This document shows positions 12,041 to 24,285 of a DNA stretch of 64,000 nt, piece after piece; the first letter of the stretch is position 1, and every line of letters starts with the position of its first letter. Source of the DNA: Camelus ferus (taxonomy: Eukaryota); NCBI RefSeq assembly GCF_009834535.1, contig NC_045706.1, positions 30,692,001 through 30,756,000 on the forward strand, given 5' to 3'. The notes beneath the pieces were generated by a model, which saw only the letters and a list, made by a program, of their open reading frames with translations, made no database searches and was not told the origin of the DNA. Both the position numbers and the translations under genes were made by a program.

Positions 12041-13179
12041 ATGGGGGTCTCCTCTGCCCTATACTATTGTGGAGAAATAGACATACCCTTTACTCTTCTC
12101 CTTTCTGTTATCAATATTCCTTAACAGGCACCAAAAACATCATTTTACAGCCCAGCACTTTGTTAGAGTAGACCTATTGCCTCTTCCTGGATTAGAGTTC
12201 ATCTCCAGCCAGGAAGGGCAGTCTTCTCTGTCTCCTCTATCATCATACTCACTCCATTGTGCTGCAATTACCTGTGAGCTTCTTGCAGAGAGGAAATGTG
12301 CCTTACTCATCTTGGTAGTTAGCACTGTGCCTGGCACCAGGTAGACTTTCAGTAAGTGCTGAATAAATGCACGTGTGCATGAACGAATAAAGGCTCTCAC
12401 AGAAGAGTGGATGGGGAGCATTTTTCTGTCAAACATTTTGATGAGGAATGATTGTTTCCTTAAAAGTGAACACAAGGCTTAAAATGATTCCGCTTTTCTG
12501 TGTTCCATTTTTTTCTAGGTTTATTTTAGAAGATATGTTAATACTTACTTGGAGAAGGTCAGATTCATTCCTGTTTTATATTTAGCTCCTCCAATTGCCT
12601 TGAATAATGATAATTTAATGGTGCCAAATGTTATGAAATTCTTTATCCCCTCCTACCCCCCATGTAGACTTAGTCACTGCCAGGCACTTTTTTAAAGGCA
12701 CAAAATTTAGATATACTATATATTAAGTTATTTTAAAATAGTATCTACCACTACACAAAACCCTATAATTAAACTACTAAAAAAAAGTATATTCATTCTA
12801 AAAAGCACTTTAGTTATCAACTGAAATCATTCTTAAAGAAGTATTTCAGCAAGCATCTTAACAATGGACCCTCTGTGTGTGTGCCAATTTGAAAACTGCT
12901 GTTCGGTAATACCTAGGATTCTGCAAAACTGGAATTGGAATAAGATATTATGAATCTTCATTTCTCTTCTGCTAAATCCCCTTTGCTACCCCTCTTACTT
13001 TGTTCCCCATGTCTATATTTTTTGCTAACTCTCTCCTTTCCCTTAAGTATTCCTCTTTCCCTATCCCTTTGGCCTCAATATCCAGGGCAGCCCCACGGCC
13101 ACTCACCCAGATAGATGCATGAGTTTACTTGACAAGAAAGATGAGGGAATGAAAGAGCAAAAAGTGAAATCTCAGCTGA

Positions 13180-13375
13180 GGTGCAGTTGGAAAGGGACTA
13201 AGGCTCAGAAGACACTGGGTTTGAGTCCTGGCTCAAGCTTTTAACTCTTCTGAACCTCGATCAGCTGTAAAATGCCCCCACGTGTCCTAGCTCCTGGAGT
13301 TGTCCAAAGCAGTGGATGACAGACACGTGAGACCTGGTACGTGATCCCCACCAGAGGGCGCTCAATAGGTAGGAA
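13180..13375 (+). mobile_element. Degenerate MIR carrying a CTCF motif at its 3' tail
   Basis: 'ctgggtttgagtcctggctc...taactcttctgaacctc...ctgtaaaatg...cgctcaata'. Confidence 0.55.
13348..13361 (+). promoter_or_regulatory. Candidate CTCF site between the CEP55 and MYOF promoters
   Basis: CCACCAGAGGGCGC matches the CTCF core consensus CCASYAGRKGGCRS. Confidence 0.7.
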
Positions 13376-14332
13376 CTTAGGCTTCTCCAGGGAAGCCCCA
13401 ACTCTCAAATATTTGTTGAACAGACAGACATATTATTAATGAATAAATGTTTGACCACTGTGGGTTAATTTACTCTTAACTCTCACTCTTACACTTCCTT
13501 GATTTTTCCAAAAGGAATTATTTTTCCTTAAATGTTTTTCTTACAATGTGGGTTGAAATCTTACACATTTGTATCTAAAAACTGATTGTCTAGGGAAAAG
13601 AGGTCTTGTTAGCTTTTTGCATTTGAACAAAGCTAAAGAGAAATCTCCTAGCCTTTTCTTCTCCTCCTCTGTTTTCATATATAACACTAATAAGTTTGTG
13701 TCCAGGAAAAAATAAGAACTGTCCAAAGAGAGGCCACTGGGATAGAGGAACTGAGGGGTTAGCCCCTTCCCAGGCTCACAAGGTGTAGGGATAATTCCAG
13801 TGCCCAACAGAGACTGACACTGTCACCTTCTTGGCACTAGGAAGCTGGATTGCTCAGAGGACAAAGTCCTTGAGAGCAGATGGTATCCAGATCTCTGTCT
13901 ATGATGCACCTTAGCAGAATCAAGGCTGGTGCATTTGCCCCAGGCTGTGTGGAGGCTGCAAAGCATGTTGTAAGAAATACATTCCAGAAGAGTGTGCAGG
14001 AAAATTCATAACCAAAGTACCTGGGTTTGGATCCCAGCTCTGCCATTTATTACCTATAACCTGAATGTTTTAGGTAATTTTTTCTGCCTCAGTTTCCTCA
14101 CCTCATGGGGTTGTTGTTATGGCCAATGTAGTTGATACAAATAAAGCCCTTAAGGCAGGAGCAGCCTGCAGAATGGGTGTCCAGGCAGCTGTTGTTGGGC
14201 TAGAGACGGCAGGAGGAGCAGGGTAAGGCATGATGGTTTGTAAGTCTACGTACATGGCCTTTGTGTGCTGCTCTGCAGGCTCTGAAGCACAAGTTCACGT
14301 TCCCACCACTGAATCATCTCCACCTAACTCCC

Positions 14333-14550
14333 AACACAACACAACACACACACACACACAACACAAAAAACAACACAACAAAACACACAACACAGAGGAG
14401 AGGCGCAGAGCGCATACGAGGATGGCGCTCGAGAGGATATCTCTCTATCGATCTATGCTCGCTATCTCTAGCCTCTATCTCTCTCCTCTCATCTCTATAT
14501 CTCTCTCTCGCTCTCTCTCTCTCATCTCTCTCTCTCTCTCTATCTCCTCT

Positions 14551-14622
<72 letters not shown>
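14333..14622. repeat. Imperfect compound microsatellite (CA)n / GA-rich / (CT)n
   Basis: About 60 nt of noisy CA repeat, about 55 nt of GA/GC-rich noise, then about 170 nt of imperfect CT repeat. Confidence 0.9.
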
Positions 14623-14623
<1 letters not shown>

Positions 14624-14885
14624 CACGCTGGTGTGAAGTCAGACTGACTGGCAGCCCCCGAGCACCACCTCTGTTCGCTAAACACCACCCACCCCAGTTC
14701 TGCCATTGCCTCCCTCTGGTCTCAGGTCTTAAATCTCCTCCTTCCCTCTGATTCCCTAGTGAAACACAGCTCAGGGCTCTGCCTGGAATCTGAGTCTCAA
14801 CCTTCAAGACCTTGTCCTGCAGCTCTCCCTGATATCAGGAGAGAAACATAGACGCTAGGCCTCGCCATCTTTTCTACCTCTTAGC

Positions 14886-15083
14886 TTTTTTTTTTCCTTT
14901 TAATTGAAGTATAGTCAGCTACAATGTGTGAATCTCTGGTGTACAGCACAATGTCCCAGTCATACAGATACATACATATATTTGTTTTCATATTCTATTT
15001 CATTAAATATTGTTATAAGATATTGAATATAGTTCCCTGTGCTATACAGAAGAAATTTGTTTTTTATCTATTTTTGTATATAG
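14886..15083 (-). mobile_element. Young L1 3' end
   Basis: Poly(T) followed by 'taattgaagtatagtcag...ctggtgtacagca...ttgaatatagttccctgtgctatacag'. Confidence 0.8.
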
Positions 15084-15799
15084 CAAGTTACTACCTTCCA
15101 GATATCCTGAACTGCTCTCCTCAAATATTTATCCCTGAAGATAAGGATGATAGTGTTTCCTTCCATGGCAAAGCCACCGCAAGCTTCTCAAAAGGAGAGC
15201 TGGTCCTTTTACTAAGTTCTACTTTTCCTAGTTAGCTCATTCTCTCCTGCCTATGTTTATTCAAAATTATATAAATCAGTGCCAAATAGAAGAAATGCTA
15301 GGGATTGGAAAATTAATCCATTTCAGGGCTTACTTAACAATTAAACAGAATCCTACTTCCAGATAGAATACATCAAACATACTCAAATGTATCTTATGCC
15401 ACAGTTAAAATATATATATTTGCTGTAAAAACCTTGAAAGGTTTTTTTACATAATTACATTGTGGAAAATTTGGGTTATGAATAACTTATGATAGGCCAT
15501 GTTCTCTTGGTGGTTATCATGCATACTCAGAAATTCTTGTTAAAGTGAGAAAATCTAACTACAAGTTCTTTTCAGCTGAAAGGAAAATTTTATGAATAAT
15601 AAAATTTACCAATCAATGAAACAGTCATTTTGTTTTGTCCATACACTTTTAATGAAATAATTATTTTTTCAATTTTGAAGGCTTTTTTTTTACATTTCTA
15701 AGCCAATTTTACAAATTTATTTTATTTTAATTTTATTTCTAAGGACTTTATTTTGAAATAATTTTAGATTTACAGAAAGCTGCAAAGAATACATAATCA

Positions 15800-17007
15800 A
15801 TTAAGGTGGAGTATAAGTCTAAATGTGCAAGATGAAACAAAATGTTTCCAGAAGATAATACTGAAGAATAGCTTCACAATCTCAGGGTAGAAAGGATTCC
15901 TTAATATGAAAAATACACTAATCAGAAAAGAAATATTGATAAATTCAATTACATTAAAATTACAACCCATTTAGAGCACGTAAACAGCTCCTGCAAATTA
16001 GGAAGAAAACCAGAGTACTCAATAAAAAAAATCCACAAAATATTTGAATAGGCATGTCATAACTTAGGAAATGTAAATATGAAAAGGTATGCAACTTCAT
16101 TAGGAATCTGAAAAATGCAAATGGAAACTCCAGTGAAGTATTATTATCAACTCATCAGACGGGCAAACATTTAAAAATCAAACATTGCCAAGTGTATGCA
16201 CGGGAAGTCTCATACACTGTTGGTGGGGGTGTCACTAGTCCAACTGCTGTGGAAAACCATTTTGAATTACCTAGTAATTTTGAAAATATGCATATACCTT
16301 TTGGTTCAGCGATTCCACTCACAGGTCAGACCCAAAATGCACTCATACATGTTTGTACCAGAGAACATGTACAACATGTACAGGCATATTCAGAGTAGCC
16401 CTGTTTGTAATAGCCCCAAACTCTGAATAACCCAAATGTGCATCAAGAGTAGAATGGATTAATAAAATGTGGTACACTCATACAATGGAATGCCATGGAG
16501 AAATGAGGGTAAACAAAGTAGAGTTATATGGATGAATCTCACAATATAATGTTGAAAAAAAGAAGCCAAACACAAAAGAATTCAAACTTTTATTCCATTT
16601 CTATAAAGGTCACAGTGTATCAAAGAATTCATATTCTGTGAATATGTGTATGCATATGTATACACAAGGTATAAATACATATGTATATAAAGTTAATAAT
16701 GTATAAGATAATTTATATAATCATATAAGGGTCATAATCAAGCAAATCTAAACTATTTGGGGGATAAAAACTATAAAGAAAAGCACAGAAATTATTACCA
16801 TAAAAATCAGGGTAGTGGCTACCTGGGGACCGGGAGAGTCGGGGAAGGAGGTGGGTGTGTTACATATGAGACATGAGAGTGGCTTCTGGCATACTGGTGA
16901 CGTTCCCTGTCTTGACCTGGATGTTTGTTTGTTAAACTGTCACATTTATGTTGTATGCATTTTTCTGTAAATGTATTTCACACAAAAATAAAATAAATAA
17001 ATAAAAT
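15800..17007 (+). mobile_element. Old L1M fragment (end of ORF2 plus 3'UTR and A-rich tail)
   Basis: Decayed ORF2 C-terminal motifs (SYTVGG..V, LWKT, AIPL) at 16190-16500 and tail 'aaaaataaaataaataaataaaa'. Confidence 0.8.
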
Positions 17008-17669
17008 ACTCAATGACAATCATTAAATCGGGTAAGGGGAGGAACCACAATGGTAGGTTGAAGGACCACTGAAATAAAAAATAAAAACCAGCCAAAAAAT
17101 AAACATAATGTTGCCTATATTCCACTAAAACATAGACTGTATTTATACCCGTGTGTCCGCTAAATACAACATGGGGATCATTGGTTCTTTAGCATAAGCC
17201 ACTGAGAACCTCACTGAGACAGAAGAATTCTTGTAGGTAAACCATGCTTTTTCAAGGCACTTGAAGTGTTTGCTTACACATGGGTCTTCCTGGTTGTGTG
17301 TTCAAAAGCAAAGGAAGCCCTATGTTTTTTCACCATTAGTTTTGGTCTTTTCTTCTGAAATGCAGAGAGATCCTGATTTAAACCCAACTGGCATTAACAG
17401 AAATGCTATGAATAAGCATGAACAGCTGATGGTGGATGTGTGGGATTTACTGTGTCTTTTTTGCCAGGCCCCACACTAAGACCTTGATCTTAACGCCAGT
17501 AAGATGAGACGAGGTAAATGCAGAAGAGAGAGGTGTAGAAACCTGTAAGGTGACATAGCTCACAAGTGATGCAGCTGGGACCCACACTCAGGTCTGGGTG
17601 ACTCCTACCCCCAGGGCACCTCTGCTGATCTTAATCACCAGGCCAGGCCACCTAACACTCTCCAGGTGG

Positions 17670-18136
17670 TCGATCCTTTCCTTGACCAAACTTTAGTCAA
17701 GCTCCTGAACTTTCTCCTAGACCGATCTGTGTACTTCCCTGTAGAATTTAGTTTTAGCAAAAACCTTGCTGAGTCAGTCTAACTAGAACTCCCCTCCCTC
17801 CACATGTAATCACTCTCTACATCTTTTGGGGTTCCTCGTCCTCCACCACCACCCAGGTGATGTCTCGTCACCCTGAGCTATGTTCAGTAAGAATCCTGTT
17901 AGGTCAGTTGAGCCAGAATCCCCTTTTCCCCCCGATGTTTCCTCCTGGTCATTTCCATCCTCTGACCCTCAACCTGCTCCTTAGTTATAAAGTCTCCCTT
18001 GCCCATCCCCTATTCAGAGTTGAGCCATCTCTTTCCACTGCAAGGTTCTACTGCAGTGGTCCCTCAGCCTATCATTGTGGTCCCTCTCCTTACCCGATTT
18101 AATGATTGTCACTGAATACCTTTTTTTTCTTTAACA
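17670..18136 (+). mobile_element. ERV1 solo LTR (MER31-like) upstream of MYOF
   Basis: 'cttgaccaaactttagtcaagctcctgaac...agaatcctgttaggtcagtt...attcagagttgagcc...ttctttaaca' matches MER31-type LTRs as I recall them; ends in CA. Confidence 0.7.
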
Positions 18137-18519
18137 AAGGAAAGGAAGATGCTGAGGTTTACATCTTGAAAGAGTTGACAGACACCTTCTCCGTTTTCAC
18201 TGAAGACAGGTATCAGCTTTTGATGGACCAGGAAAACTTAGGTCCCCAGCTCTCACCTCTTAAGGATTTTTAAAGAAGTCCTATGCTGAATCCTTTTGTA
18301 AAGAATCAGCCCCCACTACACCAATTCTGTAAGTCCCTGTTAACCGCCTCCAGATTGGGCTTGCTTGAAATAAACTCATTTATTTCTCTGCCATACAATA
18401 GGGGGCACCCTTTAACTGATGAAAAAAAGAAAATTGTTCTCTAAACTGTTGCTGAGTGGGTGTGTTCAACAGCAGGAGAGAAGAAACAGCAAAAGTAAAA
18501 TTGAAAAATAAAATGACGC

Positions 18520-18964
18520 AGTGAAGTTTTAAAACGCCACAAAGTTCAGAAGAGAATAGGTGGGGTGACAGAAAACCAATTAACAGGGCTTCACGAATTG
18601 TTGCTTTTAGCGGAAGCGTCTCAGTGGTCTCCTGACCTGTCCACACTTATTGGCTCCAAATCCTTTTCCGTTTCATTTGTCGCCCACAATTACTTTTAGT
18701 TGCGATTTTGTCCTTTTCACCTCCACATTTCCCGAATTCTTAATTGAATGCCTGCGGCCGCGCGGAGGCTCTGCGTTTGGATATCAGTTTACACGTAACC
18801 TTCAGTACATAACCCGTCAGAGACCCACCCATCGCCTCTCCGCCTTCCCTCTCCGCTGGGGAAGTCGTCCCGCGCCTTCCCTCCCGAGCGCTGCGATCCG
18901 GACCTCCGGCGCCCATGACTTCTTCACTTCACTGCTGAAACTTGCGTTCTGCCCATTGGGAGCC
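18520..18964 (+). promoter_or_regulatory. MYOF promoter and 5'UTR (small CpG-enriched region)
   Basis: CpG-enriched segment (~18750-18910) directly upstream of the MYOF ATG, with CCAAT-like motifs near 18575 and 18649. The exact TSS cannot be determined from sequence. Confidence 0.65.
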
Positions 18965-19052
18965 ATGCTTCGAGTAATTGTGGAATCTGCCAGCAATATC
19001 CCTAAAACGAAATTTGGGAAACCGGATCCTATTGTTTCTGTTATTTTTAAGG
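18965..19052 (+). CDS. MYOF: Myoferlin coding exon 1 (start of C2A domain)
   Basis: gccATG; MLRVIVESASNIPKTKFGKPDPIVSVIFK plus 1 nt; donor G|gtaagg; 88 nt. Recognisable myoferlin N-terminus. Confidence 0.97.
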
Positions 19053-20319
19053 GTAAGGAGAAGTTTTCCTTTTTCCCTCTACCCCTGTTTTGGAATGTAA
19101 GTTCCTTGAGTCCCGTTCTTTGAAAGTCTGCGTTTAGGCGACTGATAGAAGTCTCTGCGACTTCAGCTGGAGTTCATTACCTGTGCAGGTCAGCGGAGAA
19201 GACCGTTTCTGTGCAAGGCATTTAATTTTCCCCAGGTATCTGAGGCTCAATGAGTGACCTGATGTTTTAACTGTAATAATGTGATTTCTATAAGCCGTTG
19301 GAGGGAAAGATGTATTTGCATTCTCCACATTTCAAGTATCAAAAAGTCTGTGTTGGTTCAGAGTAAGAATTTCAGCAGTCTTCTATGCATTTTTATTGCC
19401 TCTGCCTGTGAGAAATGGGGAAAGGAGAAAAAAGCACAATTGAATTGTTGGAAGTATCCTTACTCCATAAAACAGCCCCCTGCTGCTTTTATTGTCACTG
19501 GGCTTCTGGGAGGTGGAGTAAAATTATTCTGGCTTGTTTTCACGTTATCTTGTGCCTCTGTAATTGTTCTTCATCACTCCAAAGTTGGAGTGTTTTTTGT
19601 ACTTTCCGTAGCTTGTAAATTGCGCATAGAGATCTCTGAACAATGCAAGTCTGCAGTTTGGGCATCTGGTTTAGACTTGCTCAGTGGCCTTCAGCAATCT
19701 CTCTGGATGTCAGTTTCCTTTTCTGCAAAACGGGTGCGGGGGGGTTTAGACAAAACCATCTTTTAAAGTTCTATTGTCATTCATGGAGGGGGACAGGAGA
19801 GGTTGGTGTGATGGCGCCTTCCCAGGCATTGTAGGTGATGCCAGTTTTGGCTGGCACGGTGTGTCTCAATCTGAATTTAGTAGCTTTATCATTTTATGTT
19901 TGTCCAAGGTCATTGGTAAGATTGCCAGCTCACTTCCTGGCAGAAGGGAAGAGAGAGCATGAGAGGAGAGGGCAGAAAAAGTGGGATCTGTGATGGGTGG
20001 GTGGTTCCTGACCACACCCCAGCACATTTCTCTCTTCCTCCAGGAACCTGACAACTTCTCCTTTCCACTGAGTAACCTGTCCCTTTCTCTTTTATCTCTA
20101 GTCCTCTTCTCAAATCTCTCCCTAGAAAATGAGCAGGAAAATGCAAGAAACGAAACCCCAAACTGCCAAATGGTTGTTTAGTTAAAAAAAAAAAAAGATT
20201 TGGGGAACAGAAGTTGGATTCTTAAAGGACAATGTAGTTTGAGAATCTGGTTAGTGAGTATCATGTAGTCATGTTATTATCAGAGTTTATTTGTGTATAT
20301 TCTTTTTAAAACTCTCTCT

Positions 20320-21087
20320 TTTAAATTTTTTTAAATTTATTTTTATTGGGGTAACACTGGTTTATAATGTGTAAATTTCATGTGTACATTATATTTCTAC
20401 TACTGTATACACTGCAGCGTGCTTACCACCAGAAATTTAGTTTCCATCCTTCACCACACAGTTGACCCCCTTAACCCATTTTGCTTTCCTCCTTACCCCT
20501 TCCCCTCTGGTAACCACTACTCTGTTCTCTGTATTTGTATGTTTATTTTTGTTTGTTTATTTGTTTTTTATATTCCACATATGAGTGAAACTGTATGGTA
20601 TTTGCCTTTCTCTGCCTGACTCATTTCACTTAGCATAATGCTCTAAAGGTCCATCCATACCGTCACAATGGTAAGATTTCATCTTTTTTGAAATGGCTGA
20701 GTAGTAATCCATTGCATATATATATATATTTCCATCTTATTTATCCATTCATCCATTGATGGACATTTAGGTAGTTTCCATGTCTTGGCTATCGTAAATA
20801 ATGTTGTGCTGAACATAGGGGTGCCTATATCTTTTTGAATTAGTGTTTTTATAGTCTTTGGATAAATACCAAAAGTGGGATAGCTGGGTTATGTAGTAGT
20901 TCTACTATTAATTTTTTGAGGACTCTCTAGACTTTTCCATAGTGGTAGCACCAGTTTACATTACCACCAACCCACCAATAGTGTATGAAGGTCCCCTTTT
21001 CTCCACATTCTCACCAACACTTGCTATTTCTTGCCTCTTTGATTATAGCCGTTCTGACAGGTGTGAGGTGATATCTCACTGTGGTTC
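20320..21087 (-). mobile_element. L1 3' fragment (ORF2 end and 3'UTR)
   Basis: Antisense translation includes TTVRYHLTPVRTAIIK..NSKCW (L1 ORF2). 'catccattgatggacatttagg' is present, with a T-rich left end. Confidence 0.9.
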
Positions 21088-24000
21088 TGAGAAACTTTTT
21101 TTTTTTTCTTGAAGCAGCTACATAATAGGGACATAACATGAATAGTTGGTATCCTTCACCCTGGACACGTAAAGACATGTAAAAATGTGTTGGCCACAGT
21201 CTGATGATGTCATTATTTGAGGCAATCATACAGATTATAAAGGAATTAGAGTGTAAAACTTCCTGAAATCTGACTTGTTATTTGTCTGGAGTGTACATGC
21301 ACTGGTCAAAAATTTTAAATGACTAAAAGTGTATCTGTCTAAGGCTATGAACATAAACACTCAATTGAAAGTGGAAAACTTCAGTTAAAGTGGGCAAATA
21401 TGGGCTATCTAAACCATTACATTTACTAGATTATTTAACTTTAGTCTCTTTTCCAGTCTCCTTTGGTTGTATAAATTGAGCAGCAAAGTCTGACAAGCAA
21501 CCTAACAGAAGAAACAACTCAGCTCAGAATAGGAACATCTGGACTCAGGCTAATATTGACAAAACAGAGGATGAACCAGATTTAACCACTCGGGTCTCAA
21601 ATTTCTCAGCTGTGGAACGATGGGAACTGATCTCCTAGAGATTTCTTCTAGCTCTAAGGTTCTCTAATTTTACAGTTCCACGTATTGAATACCTGCTCTC
21701 AGCACGGTGAAGAAGCCATTGCCTCAGACACGAAAGCGGATATAGTAATGAGTATGGCATTTTTCTTGCTTTTGATCTATTTCAGTGGTTTGAAACACCA
21801 GTGATGGCAAACCCTTTCCAAGTGTGCCTTCCAATATTGAGCACCGGGTAGAATTAAGTAACATTAAGTTCTGACAGAACTGAGGTTACTGACACCATGC
21901 TGTGTCCATCAGAGGGAAAGGAGCAAAGTCAGATGCGCTTCATGGGGAGGAGTGGGGGACGGTGGGGAGACTAAGATGTAAAAAGCCCTAAAGAAGGACC
22001 AAGGCAGCACCAAAGAAAGCCCCTGTGTTTACTGAGATGTGTACAATTTTGCCTCCTGAGCACATAAAACAGCAAGGTTGGGGCAATAAGCAACACTTTA
22101 GGGTGGTGGGAAGAATGGCCTCACAATGGACGTGTTAATGGTGATGCCTGTATGGATGCTGTGAGGCCCCCTGTTAGAATGCAGTCGGGAATGTGCTGCT
22201 CTGACAACCCGCTGGTTCAGAGTTGACCTCAGTCTCTTGTGTTCAGTCCCCTTCTGAGGCTGACTGCCTAACTCCTCAGGACTTCATATGAATAGGAAGA
22301 TTTGGGGTTACTGGAGTCCCTGTGGTGTAGATGTCGTGACATTTAGAAGTGCAGAAGCAGATGAGGAAAACCACAAAGCTCATTTGATTTTCTATATTCC
22401 TAGGGTGCACCAGGTTCTGTGAACCAACTCTGAACCTTCAATATCAGAGTGCTTGCAGGCCAGTGGTGGCCATTCTCTCTCGAGTTTCACGTAGACAGAC
22501 AAGGCTCAGACTGAATCTAGCTGAGATTAGATTAGACAGACTTCTGGGGCCCCTCTCAACTCTTTAAGACTTATTTGATTCCCCCAAACAGAACAGAGTT
22601 TTAAAACACAAATTAAATAATATTTCAAATTTTTGAATTACAAAATGTATGCATGTAGAAACAAAACAACCTAACAATCCAGAAGGGATTACACAACTAA
22701 AAAGTGAAAATTCTCATCATCTTCCTCCTATTCTTTCTCCCTACTCTTGCTACCTAGGGTAATTACTCTGAGCAGTTTGCCTTGAATCTTTCCCAATTTT
22801 TTACCAAAGACGTGTAAATTGTTACAACTGCTCTGTTAGCAGCTGGGCTGCAGTGGACATCCTTCTGGTGCATATCTTTGTGAATGTGTGCATTTCTGAA
22901 GGACAGATTCCCTGCTCTGTGTGTGTGTGAGAACGTGTGTTTCTTGTCTTTTTAAAGACGGTTTTGCAGAATATTGCCATTGACTTCCATTTGTCTCATC
23001 TATTTCCAATGTGAAATCTCTTGAAAAGATTGAGGAAATTTTCTTGCACACTTTTGTGTTGTACTTTTACACTGTGGCAACACTGTTCATATGAAACATC
23101 TGACCCCTAAGGAGCATCACTGTTGCAACTTTAAGAGTTTTCTCATTCCTCCCTATGATGTTCATTCCATTAGAATTTCCCCTCACTTCTGGGCTTTGCC
23201 TTGTCGAATGGCCACTGCTATAGTCCAGATGGCCACCAAAGAATTGTCATGTAATGACCCCCCCCCCCCAGATACCTGTTATTTCATTTGGACATGCTTT
23301 TGGAGTGGAATCTTAGATATTTCTACAACCTCCCCCACCTCCCTCCAAATAAGACACTCTGAGAGTCTTTTTTTTTTCCTCTTTTGAAAAACGGGCCCCT
23401 AACGGTTTATCTGAAAGGGAAAAGATCTGTGAGATCCCCAAAGGCTGTGATTTATGCAATAGAGACTTTTCTGACTATTTTTAGCAAAAACTCCTTTGCT
23501 ATTTGAAATTTTTTTAAGTTAAATTTAAAAAATAACATTTTAAATAAGAATAAAAGCTATAAAATTCCATTTAAGAATGATTAAATGTGATGGGAAAAAG
23601 ATCCAGTGGATCTCATTTGCTATCATCTGTGAAGGCATCTGTGAGTGACCACACGGTGAGTTGGTTTACCCAGACTGCACAGTAGGACCAGTTGACAAGA
23701 TTCCCACCAGCTCAAACTGAAAATTAGCTTGCATGTTGGCACTGCCACAGAACTATCGTATTGTTTTTACAAAATACTCTGGAAGGCAAAAGTGTTTAAT
23801 TTACTGAGTCATTCCCATCACTTCCGGGAGAACAGGGTTTGGAGACTCACCACCTGAGGAAAGTGGCCCCACCCTATTGAAGCATGGGAACCCTCAAAGG
23901 TACACTTCACAAAGGCACATTTTATAGGCTCTCAATTATTTACAAAGCCAATATTGCCTTTTAAAAATGAATCAGTGTGGCTTGTATTCCTTCTCCCCAA

Positions 24001-24285
24001 CATATCTTACATGCATGCCCTCAAGTCGTGTCCAGGGGTGCTGGTCTTTGTCTGATTTAGGTTTATTGGTAAATTTCTCCATATGCATGGAATTTGGCTG
24101 TGCTAAGAAGGTATGGGGTTTTTATAACCTCTGCAACACTTAGCACATAACTGATGTTGAATATATGTTTTAAATGTTGACCCTGGAATCAACGAGATGG
24201 CAGGAGATTTGAAACATCTTAGTGCAATAAAGTCAGATTCTTGGTCCTGATAGGGACCATGGGAATAGCACAAAAAGGTCGGTGT

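Noticed and set aside
14230..14807. ORFs rich in SL, ER and HT dipeptides
   Set aside because: They are translations of the CA/CT microsatellite.
18650..18964. 105-codon open frame upstream of and in frame with the MYOF ATG (possible N-terminal extension)
   Set aside because: It has no in-frame ATG (the ORF starts at TTG), much of it probably lies upstream of the TSS, and the known myoferlin N-terminus starts at 18965.
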